In this document: positions 58,621-64,000 of the stretch, piece by piece | Layout of the letters: each line of letters opens with the position of its first letter | Position numbering within the stretch: the first letter of the stretch is position 1 | From: Camelus ferus | Lineage: Eukaryota | DNA length: 64,000 nt | Assembly (NCBI RefSeq): GCF_009834535.1 | Contig: NC_045708.1 | Location: forward strand, 3,782,001 to 3,846,000 | Direction of reading: 5' to 3' | Notes under the pieces: model-generated | What the model was told of the DNA's origin: nothing | The model's database searches: none | Seen by the model: only the letters and a program-made list of their open reading frames with translations | Position numbers and translations under genes: made by a program

Positions 58621-61048
58621 TAGGCCGAGGGGGCCTGGGACAGGAATGGACAGTGGGAACCTAGGGCCACGGACTGGGGGCTCAGGGAGGCCTTCTCGAA
58701 GGAAGCCACATCTAAGGTGAACAATAGGGGCTGGGCGTGGAGAGGACAGGAGAGCCTGAGGACTAGCGGCTTCTAGGAACTGGGGAGTCGTCCGGGGGTG
58801 GGGGCCCGGGCAGGGAGTGGTGAGGTTGGGCCAGCTAAAGATTCAGACTTGCTCTCGGACCTTGAGGGTCCACTGAGGGAATCAAGTGAATGGACCACTG
58901 GGCTGCCGGGTGGTTGCCCCTCCCCACCTTGGGCTCAGAAATGTTATCTGTGAAGCTGAAACCACGACCACCTGCAAACTGATGCCCCCACCCTCTCTCT
59001 TCCCTCCCTCAGGCGTTCCCCCTCCACTGAGCACTCTTAGAGGGGCACAGGCTGTCACCTATAGGCTAGGTAGGGAAACCTACTAGTCCCCTTGATGTGG
59101 GTCTCTGGAGACCCAAGTCACGAGAGTGGCCGCTGGCATCTTGGCCTTCCATCCAAGCAGAAGATCCTGCCTGTCTCTTCTAGGGAGCCAGTGACCACAC
59201 ACACCCTAGACAAAAGGCCTCTGGAGTCACTCTGGGCTGCCCAGCACGGCACTGTCCTGATGTGTGTCTGGGAAGCATCCATGAGTGGGTGGCCCTATGT
59301 CAGAGGAACGGGGGCTCCTGCCCAGGACCAGACTCAACCAAAGGCAGCCAGTGCTGCCCGCACACTCCGTAGCCTGGCTCCTGCACTCACCCACACCATC
59401 CCCGCACCGCAGAAACAGCTTTTAGGAGACCCAGAGTAAGCCTTAGGGTCAAGACTTGAGGCAAAAGTGAAGGTGTAAAGGCTCCATAATGAAATGAGGC
59501 TGCTGAATGGGGAGCCCCGGCCATGAACTCCCCATGTGTGGCTTCTGGGTGGTCAGGGCCCCTAGTGAGCCCTCTGTGGACAGGCTAGCTCCTGCCCAGG
59601 TGGCCCTGGTTATAAATAGGCCACCAGCAGTGGGAGGCTGGCACAGGGCAGCTGGTGGTCAGGTGTGGCATTTCTAAGGCAAACAGGCAATCCAGCCAGC
59701 CAGAGCCTTGGGCCAGCCTCCCACCCAGGGAGGGCAGAGGGCAGCCTGCCCCACGCCTGTGGCCCCAAGTGCATCTCCGCCAACCCTGCTCACCACTGCC
59801 GCCTGTACTAGTGCCCCTGCCTCTGGCTTTGCTGGCTCTGGGGAGCAGGTGGGAGATGAGCTTTTGATGGCTGCCTTGGGGAACCTCGGGGCTCATGCAC
59901 TTTGGGGCTTGCGTGGCCAACTCTGGTTTCTCAGATCAAGGTTTGGCTGGCCTGGGCTGGGCGCTCTGCTTGCCCTGCAGGGCAGGCCTCCCCATCACTC
60001 CCCCAGGGCACCACTCTACCTTCAGTAAGTTGGCACAGGGTATGGGTGGAGCTGGGGAGGCTGAGGCAGCCTCCAGGGGGCCAAGGGACAGGGTAGGGTT
60101 GCTGTGGCCTCCTGTGGTGAGCGTGTTCCCTCCCCTGGCTCCCAGGCAGGAAATAACCCCGTCAGCCGGGACTGGGGCCCAAGATGGATTCTGAAGGTCT
60201 TGGCGGGTGTTTCTGCACATCTGGAGCTGAGTTCTCTCTTGGGCCCGAGGGAGCCTGTGTGCAGCTGCAGCTGTTGGCGACCAGTCTCATCTCCAGGCTT
60301 CGGAGATGAACCCGAGTCTCCCAGGCGTTACCACTGGGAGTGCTTGGTGGAGAGGTCTCAACCATGGGTGGGTGTGGGGAGCTGGCCCCTGCCTTGGCAG
60401 CTTATCTGCCCTGAGGCTGCAGGACCACATGCACACACAGCCCGTCAGCCCCCTACCCCACAAGCCTTCCCAATAACCCCCTGCCCAAGTGGCTGGGGCT
60501 CCCAGGTCAGGCACAGAGGCCCTGACACCAGCTGGGAAGGCTTCGTCCAACAGAATCCCTGCCTCTTGCTCCCAAGGGCCAAGGCCTCTACTGAGAAGAG
60601 GCTGGGCCCGGGGCAGGGTTTTCTCACGCACCAGGCTGTGCTCCGGGCCAGGTAAGTTCAGCTCTCTGCCCCTCACTCCCTGAGTCCTCACAAGCGCTCC
60701 AGCTCCCCACCACAGGAAGGCCACGCAGGCTCTGAGCCAGCATCCTGCACCAGCCAGATGGCACGTGGGGCACTGGGTGGGGCCTCAGAGCCAGGACATG
60801 GGGCCAGGATATGGGACCAGGGCACCGGCGGGGGTTTGGGGCTGGGATGGGGAGAAGGGGCCAACACAAGTGGGTGCTGTGGTGCCTGGGGTTCTGGGTG
60901 CACGCAGGTACAGGCACCCCGAGGGGCAGGGGTGGGAGGGTGGCCCCTAGGAAGGTGGGGGGGGGGCCCTAGCCCCATCCCAGGCCTGGGTAGGGAGCAG
61001 TTCCCCCAAGACAAACCACCCAGGACCAAGGTCCAGCCAAACAGTAGC

Positions 61049-61054
61049 TTTATT
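61049..61054 (-). terminator. ACOT7: ACOT7 poly(A) signal AATAAA
   Basis: TTTATT on + at 61049-61054, about 285 nt after the ACOT7 stop. Confidence 0.7.
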
Positions 61055-61339
61055 AGTGATGCTGGATTCTTCACATACCTGACAGTGCACCCAGGTAGTT
61101 CCCTAGGGTTTCCAGGGAATGCCTTGGGGCATCGGGACAACACTGTAGCATTTACACTGGAATGATATAAATAAAGCTTTGGTGTACAGGTTTTCAGGAG
61201 AGAGTACAGGTTAACACTGCAAGACAAACACTTCACACGACACCAGCTGTCAACGTGAACTGGGTTTTTGGCCAAGGGGGAACTTCTAAACGATCAGACG
61301 CTGGGGGCTGCTCCAGGCTCTGGCGGCAGGAGAGGCTGT

Positions 61340-61438
61340 CTAGGCCTGTGGCTCCGCCTGGCCCTGCCTTTTCGCCTTCATTTGCAGGTACCGCCCTTTG
61401 CCTTCTTCAAAGCGCTTCTTCTCGTCCTCAGTCTCGGG
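61340..61438 (-). CDS. ACOT7: Last coding exon of acyl-CoA thioesterase 7 (partial; the rest of the gene lies right of the window)
   Basis: Acceptor ..TGTGTGGCCCACAG then PETEDEKKRFEEGKGRYLQMKAKRQGQAEPQA*, recognised as the ACOT7 C-terminus. Absent from the ORF track. Confidence 0.93.
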   Translation of the reverse strand, partial: PETEDEKKRFEEGKGRYLQMKAKRQGQAEPQA

Positions 61439-62860
61439 CTGTGGGCCACACACAGAGAAACAGGCAGGTTAGAGACGCTGGGACTGTGGGCTGGGCCTGG
61501 GCACTGCCCCAGGACACAGAGAACCCTGCCCCAGGCCCCATCTTCCAGACAGCATCCCTCCCTGTAGGATGCTTCATGGGCACCCACGTCACCCTCCGCG
61601 GCAGGCAGAATTCTAAGCCCAGTGCTTCTCTGGTCATGAACTTCAGCTGAAAAGGCAGTTGATAATGAAATACAGGAGGGGAGGCCTGAAGCAGAGCCGA
61701 ACAGGGGAAGGAAAAGGGGGCCCCAGGTTTGCCCTGCTCCCCGCTCATGGCCTCTGCCCTGAAGGGAAGCGGGGACAGATACCGCGCTGACTGTGTGACC
61801 TCGAGGAGGCCACTTCACTGTACCAGGTGCAGCAGTAACCACTTTGTGGGCGGCGAGCCCTGGACAGCACAGAAGCCTAGGAAGTGGCCCTGGAGCCCTC
61901 CTCACCCTTCTCCGCTGCTTCCTTCCTCTCAGCAAGTTAAGAAGCCTGGTTCCCACACTCGGGGCAGAGCCAAGCGAGCAGAGGGATTTGGCCCACGGCC
62001 GGGTCTCGCCCAGAACGGTCCTGGTTCGTGCCTGCCGACCTGGCGTGATGGTGAATAGTGTCCCCCACCCTTCACTCTCGAGAGTGGCCTGGCCTGGCCT
62101 CTAAGTGGTGGCCCGGGGAAGAAATGACTGCAGCAGCATCAGGCGGTCACTTCCCAAGGCCACCGTCTGTCCCACCGCAAAGTTCTCCTTCAGCGCCCGG
62201 GCCAGGCATTCGGACTTAAAGAGTTGTGCTAAGTCCTCTGGGACGACATTTCCTTGTGACACTTTGAGGGTGTGTGAAAGCCAAAGAAATGGGGCAGTTG
62301 CCCTTCATCCACAATGACACCAAACCCCGCAGCTATTTTTAGGCCCAAGTGTTTTACAGACAGTGTATTGGCAAAAGAGAACAACCAACCAGAAGACAGA
62401 ATGTCAGGTTCTAGCAAACACCCGCCCCCCCGCAGCCTTCTCAGAAGTTGGTCTCTAAATGTCACCAGGTGCAAACTGTCAAAACCTCACGGCTTGGAAC
62501 CAATGAAACATTGGGGTGTTTAAAGAACTAGGGTCGTGCGCCTTAGGGAGACAGTGGCTTGGGTTACTGCTGGAGTCTTGGGGCACACGTGGAAAACGGT
62601 GGCTTTTCCAAGACACTCTACTGAAGGCCTGCCCTGGTTTCATCTGGCTGCCTTTTTGAAAAACGAAATTTGAGGCTATGCAGTTTGACCTGAAACAGCC
62701 CAGGGAAAATGAAATGTTCTCCATCTCAGCAGGTGGTTCTATGGGGGCAAGACCCCTCAAGGCCCAGTCCCGGTGCTGAAGGCACCCCACAAAGACAAGG
62801 CCACATCCTGCAGGGCCCAGCCAAAGGCTTCTGCGGGCGCCCAGGCAGAATGTGCTAGAT

Positions 62861-63010
62861 CAGGGCTTCTGCAGGGTTTATGTACACACGAATCACTTGG
62901 GGAGCTTGTGAATGCAGATTCTGACCCAGGAGGCCTGGGGGTCAGGGGCTAAGACCCATTTCTAGCCAGGTGATAAGGTGTTGCCAGCCTGGGGAGCACT
63001 TTGAGTAGAA
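62861..63010 (+). mobile_element. MER5-like DNA transposon relic in the last ACOT7 intron
   Basis: CAGGGCTTCT...ACACGAATCACTTGGGGAGCTTGT.AATGCAGATTCTGACCCAGGAGGCCTGGGG...GAGCACTTTGAGTAG. Confidence 0.65.
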
Positions 63011-64000
63011 GGCCCCTGCCCCTTCTCCATCTCCATCCCTGTTTCAAATGGGGGACAGCCAACCGGCCAAGAACACAAGGTCAAGGCCACCAGGCTAGAC
63101 AGTGGAGGCTCTCCCCCACCCCATGGACCTTGCTTGGCACAGCTGGGGAGACCTGCGGCTTCCATTTGTGTGCAGCTCAAATCTCGTGGCTGGCCCTTCC
63201 TCAGGGGGAGGAGGGGCTGCAGCTGGGCTTCCTGCCTGATCCGCAGAGGACCCCATCGGGGCAGTGCCTATGGGGTCCCAGAGCTGGGACACGGGGAGTC
63301 GGGGCCTGGTAGGGTTGGCTGAGAGGAGAGCTGGAGAAGTGGGGGGAGCTGGACCACTTTCCAAGGTTCCTCTCAGCTTTCAAAACCCTCAGCATGGTGT
63401 TCCAGAGCAGGCCCTCCTTCTAGCTGGTGGAGCTTCTATCTCGGGGGGTGAGCAGGGGGAAGAAAGGCAAGAGACGTAGAAAGAACAACATTTCTCGAGA
63501 GCAAGAGAGTGTGAGCGTGGCCTGGGCAAGGCAGCAGGTCCGAGAGGGGACCGCTCCCAGGCCCTCTGCAGGGCCCACCGGAGCCAGGCTCTGCCCCACG
63601 TGAGGGGCCTTCCTGTTTCTCCAGCCCGTCCGTGTTCTTGGAAAGCAGATGTGGGATTCGGAAGAGGAACCGAGTCCCCTAGTGCCTGGGTCCCCAGCCA
63701 AGTGCTCTCGGGGCTCCAGGGATTAGGGAGGGGACACAGGGAGGGTGGCGAATGGCCCTTGGAGCTGCTGGCAAGAGCTCAGGAGCCGTTGTCAGGCAGG
63801 AGTGGCCCACGTGAGGCCATGGCCTGGATGGGGGGAACACTGGCATTAGGGCTGAGGAAGGGCTGCTGGGCTGGGGAGATGCCAGGGGAGCAGCCCCACC
63901 CTCTGCATCCACCTCTCTGTCCGGCCATCTGGAGCCTGGGGACCACCCACGTCACGCACTTGGGTTCCTTACCTCGAGGGCACACATCACTGTTTCATTT

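Overview
This is mammalian genomic DNA, almost certainly from a camelid: three tRNA-Ala-derived SINEs of the Vic-1 type are present. The block is syntenic with human 1p36.31. Gene order is [CHD5 promoter flank, inferred] - RPL22(-) - RNF207(+) - ICMT(-) - HES3(+) - GPR153(-) - last exon of ACOT7(-). I assembled all coding exons by hand from splice signals and reading frame. This gives RPL22 128 aa, RNF207 634 aa (17 coding exons, one GC-AG intron), ICMT (exon 1 almost entirely inside a 204-N gap), HES3 206 aa long or 181 aa short, GPR153 616 aa, and the ACOT7 C-terminal 32 aa. The rest is CpG islands, old repeats (MIR, L2, L1, MER5) and microsatellites. There is no prokaryotic-type system, CRISPR array or new protein family; the long GC-rich ORFs in the track are CpG-island artefacts. 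Four non-coding observations are the most promising. (1) RPL22 intron 3 holds a CpG-rich hairpin, a possible 15-nt microexon and a possible alternative terminal exon, which could form an autoregulatory splicing switch. (2) Convergent CTCF-like motifs bracket HES3 and its SOX/OCT-rich upstream elements. (3) RNF207 and ICMT appear to overlap tail-to-tail at their 3' ends. (4) The GPR153 leader carries stacked uORFs. All regulatory calls are motif-level inferences, and comparisons with human or mouse are from memory and need alignment.
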